From NCBI GenBank assembly GCA_965221125.1, contig CBDCRW010000004.1, forward strand, positions 832,001 to 896,000: 64,000 nt of DNA, read 5' to 3'. Shown here piece by piece: positions 1-12,196 of the stretch; the first letter of the stretch is position 1; every line of letters starts with the position of its first letter. The DNA is from Alphaproteobacteria bacterium (lineage in GTDB: Bacteria > Pseudomonadota > Alphaproteobacteria > UBA828). The notes under the pieces were generated by a model, which saw only the letters and a program-made list of their open reading frames with translations, did no database searches and was not told where the DNA came from. Made by a program: the position numbers and the translations under genes.

Positions 1-87
1 GGCGGTTCAGCGCACGGGAGGCGACCCGCGCTTCCTCCCGGGTCAGCCCGCGCGGAGCGTGTGCGGCCGCAGACTGAAGCGCGGTCT

Positions 88-383
88 TAGCCCGCATTTC
101 TCACCAAGGCCATGGTCTGCGCGGCGCTGTCCGGCTGACAGGCAAGGAGAGGCGCGCAGCGCGTCGCGCGGTACGCGCGCCTCCGGCGCGATGTGGGACA
201 TCGGGCAAGCGCATCGACGCAGCGTGTCGGCCGGACAGCGCCGCCCTTCGGGTCGCGCCTAGGCGCCCGCCCGCGGCGTCGCGAGCCTCCACCGTATTCC
301 CTGATACGCTTTTCGGCCCGCTCCTGGCGGATCGAACGCCTGGACGCGACGCAGGCCGTGGCCTTGGTGAGAAATGCGGGCTA
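88..383. mobile_element. MITE-like non-autonomous element with 34-bp terminal inverted repeats
   Basis: 88-121 TAGCCCGCATTTCTCACCAAGGCCATGGTCTGCG versus reverse complement of 350-383 TAGCCCGCATTTCTCACCAAGGCCACGGCCTGCG (2 mismatches). TA at both ends. Nested internal IR 121-140/225-244. No credible ORF. Confidence 0.8.
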
Positions 384-450
384 GTCATCGACGTTGGAAG
401 GCGAGCGACGGCGCCGGGCTTGCAGCCGGCGCCGCCATCCCGCGGTCAGG

Positions 451-1506
451 CTACTGCAGTAGCCACTCGTTGAACTTCTCGCCAAGGGATTCGCCGAAAT
501 CGGCCCAGAAGATGCCGTCGGCCTTCAGCCCGATGTCGATATGCGCCGTCGGCAGATCGTTCTGTACCGCCGGATCCACCAAAGCCGCCGCGGATCGGCG
601 CGTCGGCCCGTAGGCCACATCCTGCATGCCGGACAGCGGCACCGTGCCGGTCGCGAATTTCACGAAGTCCATCGCCTGCTCCATGTTCGGCGAGCCCTTC
701 ACCACCGACCACACGTCGAGGTCGAAGATGTGGCTGTCCCAGACCATGACGAAGGGACGGTCATGGTCCTGGATGTCCTTGAAGATGCGGCCGTTGGCCG
801 ACTGCACCAGGACCGCCCCGCCGTCGTTCAGCAGCTGGGGCGCCTGCGACCATGACTCGTACCAGACGAGGTCGTCCCGGATGGTGTCGAGCTTGGCGAA
901 GGCCCGCGCCTGGCCCTCGTCCGTCGCCAGCGTCTCGTACACCTGGTCGCGCGGCACGCCGTCGGCGATGAGCGCCCACTCGAGGTTGACCTGCGGCCGC
1001 TTCCGCATGGCCCGCTTGCCGGGGAAGGTCTCGGTATCGAAGAAGTCCTCGATCTTGCTGGGCGTGCCGCCCTGGATCGTCTCGGTGTTGTAGGCGTAGA
1101 TGATGGTCCAGAAGATCACGCCGACGCCGCACTCGTTGGCGAGCGCCTCCTCGAAGAAGTCCTCCTCGGCCGGCGTGCCGTCGTCGCCGGGCGGCAGGAT
1201 ATCGCGGGGGATGATCTCCAGCAGGCCTTCGGAGCAGGCCCTCTCCAGGTCGATCACCTCGATATCGACGACATCCCACTGGATGTTGCCGGCTTCCACC
1301 TGCGCCTTGATCTCGGCGATGCCGCCGGAATAGTCCTCGAACAGCACATTGTTGCCGCTGGCCGCGATGTAGGGGTCGACCATGTGCTCCTTCTGCGCGG
1401 CACCGTAAGCGCCGCCGAAGGACACGGCGGTGAGATCCCGCGCCGCCGCAGGGGTAGCAGCGACGGCCAGGATTGCCGCTGCGCTCAACAGGGTCTTGAG
1501 TCTCAT
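451..1506 (-). CDS. PotD/PotF-like ABC transporter substrate-binding protein (polyamine/amine class)
   Basis: Signal peptide MRLKTLLSAAAILAVAATPAAA; SFGGAYG, YSGGIAEIKAQV, WDVVD and DFFD...FPGKR motifs; ATG 1506 with upstream GGGAGA SD. Confidence 0.88.
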   Translation of the reverse strand: MRLKTLLSAAAILAVAATPAAARDLTAVSFGGAYGAAQKEHMVDPYIAASGNNVLFEDYSGGIAEIKAQVEAGNIQWDVVDIEVIDLERACSEGLLEIIPRDILPPGDDGTPAEEDFFEEALANECGVGVIFWTIIYAYNTETIQGGTPSKIEDFFDTETFPGKRAMRKRPQVNLEWALIADGVPRDQVYETLATDEGQARAFAKLDTIRDDLVWYESWSQAPQLLNDGGAVLVQSANGRIFKDIQDHDRPFVMVWDSHIFDLDVWSVVKGSPNMEQAMDFVKFATGTVPLSGMQDVAYGPTRRSAAALVDPAVQNDLPTAHIDIGLKADGIFWADFGESLGEKFNEWLLQ

Positions 1507-1568
1507 CGTCTTTCTCCCTTTCGTTGATAACGGTTGATCTTCGGTCGCCATAAAAGGCTCATCCGCGC

Positions 1569-2744
1569 TCACATCGTGCGGAAGGCAAAGCAGTCGCTTC
1601 GTTGCCACTGAAGCCGTGCAAACTCTCCCTCCTGAAACTTCGGTGCCGTCAAATCGTTCAAGAGTTTCACGGTTATTTCCGTCCCGTCCTCCAGCTCGAA
1701 GTAGTAGCGAATGAAGTCGCCGACGTAGTGACGCACGATGAAGCGCGCCGTGATTTCGTTGTCGTGGCTGCTTCCGTTCGTCTCGAGAAATATTTTCTCG
1801 GGCCGTACCGATACGATGCAGGGGGCACCGATATCCTTGGCGTCGGCCAACGCGGTCACGACGTGCTGATCGCCCGAAATGGAGACCCGCACCGTGCGGT
1901 CGTCCACGGCGGCAACGGTGCCGGGCACCATGTTGTTCTCGCCGATGAAGTCGGCGACGAAGGCGTTTCCGGGCCGTTCGTAGAGCTCGTCGGGCGTGGC
2001 GCACTGCTGGACGACGCCGTCGTTGAACACGGCGATCCGATCCGACATCGTGAGCGCCTCGGTCTGGTCGTGCGTCACGTAGATGACGGTGAAGCCGAGG
2101 CGCTGATGCAGCCGGGTGATCTCGAACTGCATCTGCTCGCGCAGCTTCTTGTCCAGCGCGCCCAGCGGCTCGTCCATCAGGACGAGCGACGGCTCGAAGA
2201 TCAGCGCGCGGGCGAGCGCCACGCGCTGGCGCTGGCCGCCGGAAAGCTGGGACGGATGGCGGTTGCCGAAATCGCCGAGCTCCACCAGGGACAGGTATTC
2301 CTCGACCCGCTCCTTGATGACGCTGCGGCCGACCTTCCTGGCCTTGAGGGGGTAGGCGAGGTTCTCGGCTACCGTCATGTGGGGAAACAGCGCGTAGTTC
2401 TGGAAGACGATGCCGATGTTGCGCTTGTTGGGCGCGGTGCGGGTGATGGGGGCGCCGCCGATCAGGATGTCGCCGCCGGTGACGCTCTCGAAGCCGGCCA
2501 GCAGCATGAGCACCGTCGTCTTGCCCGAGCCGGACGGCCCCAGCAGGGTGATGAACTCCCCCTTGGCGACGTCGAGATCGAAGCCCTTCACGACCAGCGT
2601 CCTGCGGTCGTAGCTCTTCTTCACGTCGATGAAGCGGAGAAACCCTTCCGGCCCTGGGGGTTGAGCCGCTTGGTCGTCTCTTTCGCCGCCCGGAGATGGC
2701 CTGCCCGCGCTCTCTTGCCGAACACCCGCTTCAGTGCGTTCCAT
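1569..2744 (-). CDS. PotA-like ABC transporter ATP-binding protein
   Basis: Walker A GPSGSGKT, LSGGQRQR signature, DEPLGALD, VTHDQ, C-terminal TOBE-like region; start uncertain. Confidence 0.9.
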   Translation of the reverse strand: MERTEAGVRQESAGRPSPGGERDDQAAQPPGPEGFLRFIDVKKSYDRRTLVVKGFDLDVAKGEFITLLGPSGSGKTTVLMLLAGFESVTGGDILIGGAPITRTAPNKRNIGIVFQNYALFPHMTVAENLAYPLKARKVGRSVIKERVEEYLSLVELGDFGNRHPSQLSGGQRQRVALARALIFEPSLVLMDEPLGALDKKLREQMQFEITRLHQRLGFTVIYVTHDQTEALTMSDRIAVFNDGVVQQCATPDELYERPGNAFVADFIGENNMVPGTVAAVDDRTVRVSISGDQHVVTALADAKDIGAPCIVSVRPEKIFLETNGSSHDNEITARFIVRHYVGDFIRYYFELEDGTEITVKLLNDLTAPKFQEGEFARLQWQRSDCFAFRTM

Positions 2745-3206
2745 GGCAGGGACCGGCAAGAGGGTTTATCCCGGACACTGGGTGGGTTACTTGGGCGAGT
2801 CTCCAATGACGTGTTGGGGTACCGGCTCCGCTCGCCACCGCGCCTGCGCAACGGGAGCACCGCGCACCGATTGCCGCGGGTCTCTTGACGTGCCCCGCCC
2901 TGACGTCCCGACTCACTCTTCGCAATTCCGTCGGCGGACTGCCATGCTGCCCATGCCGCGATTCCCCGCGCCGTTCAGCATGTACCCTCCCCCGGACCAG
3001 CACTCACCGCAGCGCGTGCGCGCCGGCCGTTGCGGTCGACACTTCAGTGGTTCGCAAGTATACAAGCTGTTATGCGAATTGTATGATCAAAGCGGGGTCA
3101 GATATGCGAATATAGGGAAACTTTCTCCCGCTTCCGTCTATCCCCACGCTGCCCGCGCAGGGCGCCAAACAAGAGCCAGGGACCAGCCGATGGCCGCACC
3201 GCCCTG

Positions 3207-3386
3207 AAAGGCGAAGGTTTCGAGTTCGTCGGCGAGCAATACCGGCTGGACGAAGGAATCGGCATCGCCGTGCACCACGAGGACGCCTCACTTCGGCAAC
3301 GCCTGAGCGGCGCGCTCAAGGCCATCCTGGAGGACGGCACCTATGAGCGGATCAACGCCCGCTACTTCCCGTTCAGCATCTACTAG
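3207..3386 (+). pseudogene. 3' remnant of a polar amino-acid ABC substrate-binding protein (HisJ/ArgT-like)
   Basis: Translates KGEGFEFVGEQYRLDEGIGIAVHHEDASLRQRLSGALKAILEDGTYERINARYFPFSIY*, the typical family C-terminus. No ATG/GTG/TTG in frame back to TGA at 3084. Confidence 0.75.
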
Positions 3387-3534
3387 GTTGATTGGGGGCG
3401 CGCTACCAGGTTCGGGAACGCCGTCTCGGTGCCGATCCTCTGCCCGGCGGGGCGCACATGCGAAGACGCCGGGGCGAACAGCGCGCGCGTCAGCGTCTCC
3501 GGGTGCTCGTCGTGGTCGCCGGAGATGGCGCCGG

Positions 3535-4932
3535 TCAGTTGCCGGTGAGCAGGCGGTCCACCAGCTGGCGCACGGACGGGATGAAGCGGTTCGAGTAGAA
3601 GGGGTCGTCCGCGAACCTGAACGCCGCGTGGCCGGCGAACATGAGCTGGTTCTCGATGTCCTCGCCGTGGATGATCTCCTGCAGCGTCTTCTGGATGCAG
3701 TAGCTGCGGGGGTCGGTCTTCTTGCCGGTCGAGCCCGTCTCGTTGGTCGCCCAGTTGCTGAAGCGGCAGGCGCTGAGGCAGCCCATGCAGGCCGCCTGGT
3801 CGGCCCTGATTTCGCGCGCCTTCTCGTCGGTCACGAAGATGATCGTGGTGTCGGGGGTCTTCAGCACCGAGGTGAAGCCCTCGTCCATCCACTCCTCGGC
3901 CCGCACCAGATCGCCCCCGGTCAGCCAGAAGCTGCGCTCGCGCGGGCCGGGCGTGAATTTCCGATCGTGGTCGCCGATGGGCTCGGCGGTATAGGCCACC
4001 TGGCGCTGCTCGCGCTCGGCGAGCTCGTGGATGAAGGCGTTGCGCACGGCGGACGAGTAGAATCCGGTCGGGCTAAAGCGGTTCAGGTTGACGTCCCCTT
4101 CCTTCATCGTCAGCAGCTTGCGCTTCCACGTTTCGGAGATGGGGCTTTCCTCGGTCACCAGCGGGCGGGTGCCGAACTGAAAGACGACGGGGCCGATCTC
4201 GGGATTGTCGAGCCAGTCCTCCCAGTCGCGCAGGTACCAGACCCCGCCCGCCATCACGATGGGCACGTCGTCGAGGCCGTACTCGTTCATCTGCTTGCGC
4301 AAGGCGGCGACCCGCGGATAGGCGGGCTCGGGCTGTTCGGGATCCTCGCTGTTGGAAAGCCCGTTGTGGCCGCCGGCGCGCCAGGGGTCCTCGTAGACCA
4401 CGCCGCCCATCCACTCGGAGAAGCGATGGTAGGCGCGCTTCCAGAGCGCGCGGAACGCCCGCGCCGACGAGATGATCGGGTAGTAGTGGACCTCGTACTG
4501 CGCGGACACCTCGGCGAGCCGGTAGGGCATCCCGGCGCCGCAGGTCACGCCGTGAATGAGGCCGCGCGTGGCTTCGAGGACGCCGTGCAGGATGCGCTCG
4601 GCGGCGGCCATCTCCCACAGCACGTTCATGTGGAGCCGGCCCTCGCCGCCCGAGACGTCGTGGGCGATCCGGGCCTGCGTGATGCCGCCCCGGATCGCGT
4701 AGTCGACGAGCTCCTCGTGGCGCTCCTTTCGCGTACGCCCGCGATAGACCTGCGGGACGGCACGGCCCTTCTCGTCGTAGGAGTCGGCGTTGACGCCGGA
4801 GAAGGTGCCGACGCCGCCGGCGGCGGCCCAGGCGCCCGAGCTCAGGCCGTTGGTCACGCCGATGCCCTTGCCCCCTTCGATCAGGGGCAGAACTTCGCGA
4901 CCCGACAACCTGATTGCGTTCAACGCCTTCAT
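3535..4932 (-). CDS. Nitronate monooxygenase-family (2-nitropropane dioxygenase-like) flavin oxidoreductase
   Basis: PLIEGGKGIG, CGAGMP, AGGHNG, MAGG and QFGTR motifs; CMGCLSAC Cys cluster near the C-terminus. Confidence 0.85.
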   Translation of the reverse strand: MKALNAIRLSGREVLPLIEGGKGIGVTNGLSSGAWAAAGGVGTFSGVNADSYDEKGRAVPQVYRGRTRKERHEELVDYAIRGGITQARIAHDVSGGEGRLHMNVLWEMAAAERILHGVLEATRGLIHGVTCGAGMPYRLAEVSAQYEVHYYPIISSARAFRALWKRAYHRFSEWMGGVVYEDPWRAGGHNGLSNSEDPEQPEPAYPRVAALRKQMNEYGLDDVPIVMAGGVWYLRDWEDWLDNPEIGPVVFQFGTRPLVTEESPISETWKRKLLTMKEGDVNLNRFSPTGFYSSAVRNAFIHELAEREQRQVAYTAEPIGDHDRKFTPGPRERSFWLTGGDLVRAEEWMDEGFTSVLKTPDTTIIFVTDEKAREIRADQAACMGCLSACRFSNWATNETGSTGKKTDPRSYCIQKTLQEIIHGEDIENQLMFAGHAAFRFADDPFYSNRFIPSVRQLVDRLLTGN

Positions 4933-5071
4933 AGTCGGTCCGTCCACCGTTGCGCCTGGCTCGCTCCACGCGCCGTGGCGAGGCAGGGTGGCGGGCCGGC
5001 GCCGCCGCTACGCCGCGATGTGGGCGGCGGCAGCGCCGATTGCAAGATGTCGCTTCTCTCGGCGGCTTTTC

Positions 5072-7198
<2,127 letters not shown>

Positions 7199-7245
7199 GC
7201 TGTTTCCTTCGTTCCATTGGCGAGCCGCTCATTCGGCCCGCCCCT

Positions 7246-7297
7246 GCATGAGCGCAGCGTCGGAGGCTGCGGCCCCATGCCGCGCCTCCCGCCATGC
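7246..7297 (-). promoter_or_regulatory. Long stem-loop in the rpsO-pnp spacer (candidate RNase III processing/autoregulatory stem)
   Basis: Minus strand GCATG..GGAGGC-GCGGC-atggg-GCCGC-a-GCCTCC..CATGC. Position matches the pnp leader stem known in other bacteria (by analogy). Confidence 0.5.
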
Positions 7298-7345
7298 CCT
7301 CTTGACCCGCGTGCCGCATGCGTGCGGACCACGCGAACGCCAATT

Positions 7346-7615
7346 CTATTTGCGCAAGCCCAGCCGCTGAATCACGGTGGCATAGCGCTCCTGATCGTTG
7401 CGCTTGAGATAGTCGAGCAGGCGGCGCCTGCGGCTGACCATCTTCAGGAGGCCCTGCCTCGAATGAAGATCCTTCTTGTGGGTCCGAAAGTGCTCGGTCA
7501 GGTTGTTGATCCGTTCGGTCAGGATCGCGACCTGGACTTCCGGCGAGCCGGTATCGTCGGTCTTGGTGGCGTAATCCGATATCAGCTCTGTCTTCCGCGC
7601 AGCGGTGATCGACAT
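7346..7615 (-). CDS. rpsO: 30S ribosomal protein S15
   Basis: [30 protein letters not shown]; 89 aa. Confidence 0.98.
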   Translation of the reverse strand: MSITAARKTELISDYATKTDDTGSPEVQVAILTERINNLTEHFRTHKKDLHSRQGLLKMVSRRRRLLDYLKRNDQERYATVIQRLGLRK

Positions 7616-7628
7616 CTGGCTACTCCGC

Positions 7629-8528
7629 TTATTGAATGTTGAAGACCCGCACCGGGCGGGCCTGACCCGCGCCGACTTCGGCTAGCGCCACGAGGCGGGA
7701 GCCGGCGGTGGCGCGGACCCTTCCGGGCGCCGCACCGGGCGCAGGCACAGGCTGGCCGTGGCGCAGACGATCTGCCTCGCGCGCGGTCAGGGGCAGAGCC
7801 GGGATGTCGGCCAGCACTGCATCGACCGGCAGCAGGCTTTCGGCGAGGCCCGGACTATGCCCCAGTGCGACCAGTTTATCCAGTGGTTTCGCATCGTCCT
7901 CGGTGAACGGCCCGACCGCGGAGCGGCGCAGCCAGCTCACGTGGCCCACCGTCCCCGCAGCCCGGGCGATGTCGCGGGCGAGCGCCCTGACGTACGTCCC
8001 CTTGCCGCACGTGACCTCGAAGGCGGCGCCCTCGTCGTCGGCCTCGGTCAGCGTGAGGCTCGCCACGTGGACGGTGCGGGGCGCAAGCTGCGGCGGCCGG
8101 CCCCGGCGCGCCAGCGCGTAGGCGCGCTCGCCGCCCACCTTGAGGGCGGAGAATGCCGGCGGCACCTGCTCGATGCGGCCGATGAAGGCGGGGAGCACGC
8201 TTGCGAGCGCCGACTCGGACGGGCGGCTCCCGCTGGTCTCGATCACCGTTCCCTCGGCGTCGTCGGTATCGCGCTGCTCGCCCCAGCGCACGCCGAAGCG
8301 GTAGCGCTTGGTCGCGTCCATCACGAACGAGACCGTCTTGGTCGCCTCGCCAATGGCGATGGGCAGGACGCCCGTGGCCATCGGATCGAGCGTGCCGGCA
8401 TGGCCCACCTTCGCGCCGCGCCCGACCAGGGCCTTGATGCGGGCAACGGTCGCCGCAGAGGTGATGCCGCCCGGCTTGTCGACCACCAGCCAGCCGTGGA
8501 GCGCGCGCGGGGCCGCGCCGTCAGCCAT
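7629..8528 (-). CDS. truB: tRNA pseudouridine(55) synthase
   Basis: [40 protein letters not shown]; lies between rbfA and rpsO. Confidence 0.96.
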   Translation of the reverse strand: MADGAAPRALHGWLVVDKPGGITSAATVARIKALVGRGAKVGHAGTLDPMATGVLPIAIGEATKTVSFVMDATKRYRFGVRWGEQRDTDDAEGTVIETSGSRPSESALASVLPAFIGRIEQVPPAFSALKVGGERAYALARRGRPPQLAPRTVHVASLTLTEADDEGAAFEVTCGKGTYVRALARDIARAAGTVGHVSWLRRSAVGPFTEDDAKPLDKLVALGHSPGLAESLLPVDAVLADIPALPLTAREADRLRHGQPVPAPGAAPGRVRATAGSRLVALAEVGAGQARPVRVFNIQ

Positions 8529-8904
8529 CGGAACCGCCGCCCGCGTCGAGCAGCCTGTCGATGCGCTCGACGTTCTCGAAGCTGCGGTCGAGCTCGAAGC
8601 GGAGCGTGGGCGAGAATTTGAGCCTGACGCGGCGGTTCACCTCGCCCCGCAGGTAGCCTGCGGCGCGCTGCAGGGCGTCGATCGCTTCCGCCGCCCGCTC
8701 GCCGCCGAGGGGCATCACGTAGACCCTGGCGGAGCGCAGGTCCGGCGCCGGCCGCACCTCCGTCACGGTGAGGCGGACTTCGCTCAGGACGGGATCGCGG
8801 AACTGGCTGCGGGCGAGCGATTCGGACAGCGCCACCCTGATAAGCTCGCCGACCCGCCGCTGCCGTTGGCTGGGCGTGTCAGCGCTGCCGCTTCTCCTCG
8901 TCAT
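8521..8904 (-). CDS. rbfA: Ribosome-binding factor A
   Basis: RQRRVGELIR, VTEVRPAPDLRSARVY, LKFSPTLRFELD; directly after infB. Confidence 0.95.
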   Translation of the reverse strand: MTRRSGSADTPSQRQRRVGELIRVALSESLARSQFRDPVLSEVRLTVTEVRPAPDLRSARVYVMPLGGERAAEAIDALQRAAGYLRGEVNRRVRLKFSPTLRFELDRSFENVERIDRLLDAGGGSDG

Positions 8905-8928
8905 CGGTCGCTGGGCAGACGCCGCGCT

Positions 8929-11574
8929 CTACGCGTCCAGCGTGCGCGCGACCTCCTCGATCTCATAGAGCTCGATGACGTCGCCTTCGCGCAGGTCGGT
9001 GTGGTTCTCGAAGGACATGCCGCACTCGTAACCTTCCTTTACCTCGCGCACGTCGTCCTTGAAGCGCCGGAGCGTCTTGAGCGCGCCGTCGTGAATGACG
9101 ACGTCGTCGCGCAGCAGCCGCGCCTTCGAGCCCCGGCGCACGAGGCCGTTGGTCACCCGGCAGCCCGCGACCTTGCCCACGCGGCCCACCTCGAACACTT
9201 GCAGGATCTGGGCGCTGCCCATCGTCCGCTCGCGCGCCTCCGGGCGCAGCATCCCTTCGAGGCTGGCACGCACCTCGTCGACCACGTCGTAGATGACGGC
9301 GTGGTAGCGAAGCTCGATCGCCGTCCGCGCGGCGAGCTCGCGCGCCTGCGCGTTCGCGCGCACGTTGAAGCCGATGATGGCCGCATCCGACGCAGCCGCG
9401 AGCGTCACGTCGGACTCGGTGATGCCGCCGACGCCCGAATGGAGCACGCGCACCGCCACCTCGTCCGTGCCCAGCCGGCCGAGCGCGCCCACCAGCGCCT
9501 CCACCGAGCCTTGCACGTCCGCCTTGATGACGAGCGGCAGCTCGCTCTTGCCTTCCTTCTCCTGAATCTCGGAGAAGAGCTGCTCCAGGCTCAGCGGCGC
9601 GCCGCGCGCGACCTCCTTCTCCCTGGCGCGCGCCTGGCGGAACTCGGAGACCTCCCGCGCCCGGCGCTCGTTCTCGACCACCACGACCTCGTCGCCCGCG
9701 AGCGGCGCCCCGCTCAGCCCGAGAACCTCGACCGGCACCGCAGGCCCCGCCTCCCTGGCGGCGGCGCCGTGGTCGTCGTACATCGCCCGCACCCGGCCCC
9801 ACTGCGCGCCGGCAACGACGATATCGCCGATACGGAGCGTGCCGCGCTGGACCAGGACGGTCGCCACCGCGCCGCGCCCCCGGTCCACCTTGGCCTCGAT
9901 CACGACGCCTTCGGCAGCGCGGTCCGGATTGGCGGTGAGCTCCAGCAGCTCCGCCTGGAGCAGGATCGCCTCCTCCAGCTTGTCGAGGTTGAGCTTCTGG
10001 GTCGCCGATATCTCGACCGCGAGCACGTCCCCGCCCATCTCCTCCGTCACGATCTCGTGCTGGAGCAGGTCCTGGCGCACGCGGCCCGGATCGGCGTCTG
10101 GCCGGTCGATCTTGTTGATGGCGATGAGGATGGGCACGCCTGCCGCCCGCGCATGATTGATGGCTTCCGCGGTCTGCGGCATGACGCCGTCGTCGGCCGA
10201 AACCACGAGCACGACGATATCCGTGACGCTCGCGCCACGCGCGCGCATCTCCGTGAAGGCGGCGTGGCCGGGCGTGTCGATGAAGGTGATGCGGGACCCC
10301 TTCGGCGTCTCCACCTGGTAGGCGCCGATATGCTGCGTGATGCCGCCCGCCTCGCCGGAGGCCACGTCGCTGGAGCGGATGGCGTCGAGCAGCGACGTCT
10401 TGCCGTGATCGACATGGCCCATGACGGTGACCACGGGGGGACGCGAGAGAAGGGCGTCGGCGGCATCGTCCTCGCCCTTGAGCCCGATCTCGACATCGGA
10501 CTCGCTGACGCGCCTGACCTTGTGGCCGAACTCCTCGACCACGAGCTGTGCGGTGTCCGCGTCGATGGTCTGGGTGATGGTGACGACCGTGCCCATCTCC
10601 ATCAGGCGCTTGACGACCTCGGCGCCGCGCACGGCCATGCGGCTGGCGAGATCCTGCACCGTGATCGCTTCGGGAACCACGACCTCGCGCACCACCGGCT
10701 TGAGCTCGTCGGCCCGCATCGCCTCCCGCGCGAGGCGCTTTTCGCGCTCGCGCTGGCGCCGCAACGACGCGAGGCTGCGCCCGCGCTGCTCGCCGACGGT
10801 GCCGTCGAGCGCTTCCGACAGCGTGATCTTGCCGCCGCGCCGGCGCGGCTGGTCGCGCCGCGTGGGGCTGGGGGGGCGGCGCTGCTCGCCACGGCGGCGC
10901 GGCCTGCCACGGTCCTCCTCCGCCGGCGCATCGCCCGGCCGGGCGGGCCTCGCCGCGGCCGGCGCCTCGGCCGCCGCGGCTTCTTCCGGCTTGGGCTCCT
11001 CCGGCTGAGGCAGCCGTTTGGCGGCATCTTCCTCCGCTCGCTTGCGCGCGTCCTCCTCGGCCTTGCGGCGCGCGTCCTCTTCGCTCTTCCGCCGCTCCGC
11101 CTCGGCGTGTTCGACGGCCTGGCGCTCTTCCTCCTCGGCACGCCGCCGGGCTTCCTCCTCCGCCCGCTCGCGCTCCTGGCGCTCGGCGCGTATCGCGTCC
11201 TCGACGGCACGGGCACGGGCGGCTTTCTCGTCGCTCGTCAGCGTGCGCAGGACGACCCGTGAGCGGGGCGCGGTGGAGGTCTGCTGCACCTCCTCCTGAG
11301 GAGGAGGAGGCGGCGCCGCTTCGGCCACCGGCTCCGGCGGCGACGCCTTGGGCGGGGCCTTCGGCTTGGGCGCGACCGCCGCATCGGCGGCGGGGCTCCG
11401 CTTCAGCGTCCGCTTCTTGCGCACCTCGACGGCGACGGCACGGCTGCGGCCGTGCGAGAAGCTCTGCCGCACCTGGCCGGCGTCGACCGTCTTCTTGAGC
11501 TCGAGCCGCCCCGGCCGCTTCAGCGAGAGCGGCTTGCGGCGTTCCTGATCACCGGCTTCGGTTTCGTCAGTCAT
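8929..11574 (-). CDS. infB: Translation initiation factor IF-2
   Basis: [10 protein letters not shown]-terminus, [34 protein letters not shown]. Confidence 0.98.
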   Translation of the reverse strand: MTDETEAGDQERRKPLSLKRPGRLELKKTVDAGQVRQSFSHGRSRAVAVEVRKKRTLKRSPAADAAVAPKPKAPPKASPPEPVAEAAPPPPPQEEVQQTSTAPRSRVVLRTLTSDEKAARARAVEDAIRAERQERERAEEEARRRAEEEERQAVEHAEAERRKSEEDARRKAEEDARKRAEEDAAKRLPQPEEPKPEEAAAAEAPAAARPARPGDAPAEEDRGRPRRRGEQRRPPSPTRRDQPRRRGGKITLSEALDGTVGEQRGRSLASLRRQREREKRLAREAMRADELKPVVREVVVPEAITVQDLASRMAVRGAEVVKRLMEMGTVVTITQTIDADTAQLVVEEFGHKVRRVSESDVEIGLKGEDDAADALLSRPPVVTVMGHVDHGKTSLLDAIRSSDVASGEAGGITQHIGAYQVETPKGSRITFIDTPGHAAFTEMRARGASVTDIVVLVVSADDGVMPQTAEAINHARAAGVPILIAINKIDRPDADPGRVRQDLLQHEIVTEEMGGDVLAVEISATQKLNLDKLEEAILLQAELLELTANPDRAAEGVVIEAKVDRGRGAVATVLVQRGTLRIGDIVVAGAQWGRVRAMYDDHGAAAREAGPAVPVEVLGLSGAPLAGDEVVVVENERRAREVSEFRQARAREKEVARGAPLSLEQLFSEIQEKEGKSELPLVIKADVQGSVEALVGALGRLGTDEVAVRVLHSGVGGITESDVTLAAASDAAIIGFNVRANAQARELAARTAIELRYHAVIYDVVDEVRASLEGMLRPEARERTMGSAQILQVFEVGRVGKVAGCRVTNGLVRRGSKARLLRDDVVIHDGALKTLRRFKDDVREVKEGYECGMSFENHTDLREGDVIELYEIEEVARTLDA

Positions 11575-12182
11575 GATGCCTTGTCCCGATCGCCGGATTC
11601 TGCACGCACGCCATCGAGCCGCGCCGATTCCCGAAGGAACCGCTCGGCGAGTCGGCCGGGCGCCAATGCGGCGTGCACCACATTCTCACGGCCCAGGCTG
11701 CGGCTCAACGTAGCGCCATCGAAATGCGCGATCACGGGAATGTCCCGCGCGAGCGCGCCGAGGCGTGCCCGGCCGTGCCGGGCGCCGTCGCTCGCTTCCA
11801 CCAGGACGGCCACGCGACGCTCGACGAGCGCCCGCTGCACCTTGTCGAAGCCCATGACGAGGCCGCCCGCGCGCCGCGCCAGGCCGAGCACATCCAGCGC
11901 CCGCGCGGTCAATTGCCGCTCCACCTCGTCGATCAGATCGGGGGCCACGACGATCGGCCGCCGCGCGGCGCGGGCGAACAGGCCGCGCTCGCAGGCCTTC
12001 GCCAGCAAGGCGCGCTCGGCGGAGATCCACAGGCCCCGCCCCGGCAGCGATTCGCCCAGGTCGGGCACCAGCGCGCCCTCCGGTCCGACCACGAAGCGCA
12101 GCAAGGCATCGCGGGGCCGGCTGGCGCCGCTTGCGATGCAGCGCCGGGCTCCGGCATCCGACGAAACCTGGCTCTCGCTCAT
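11571..12182 (-). CDS. YlxR (DUF448)-L7Ae fusion RNA-binding protein
   Basis: [21 protein letters not shown] (YlxR) plus [25 protein letters not shown] (L7Ae-like); between nusA and infB. Confidence 0.9.
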   Translation of the reverse strand: MSESQVSSDAGARRCIASGASRPRDALLRFVVGPEGALVPDLGESLPGRGLWISAERALLAKACERGLFARAARRPIVVAPDLIDEVERQLTARALDVLGLARRAGGLVMGFDKVQRALVERRVAVLVEASDGARHGRARLGALARDIPVIAHFDGATLSRSLGRENVVHAALAPGRLAERFLRESARLDGVRAESGDRDKAS

Positions 12183-12196
12183 GTGTGCCCGCGCGG

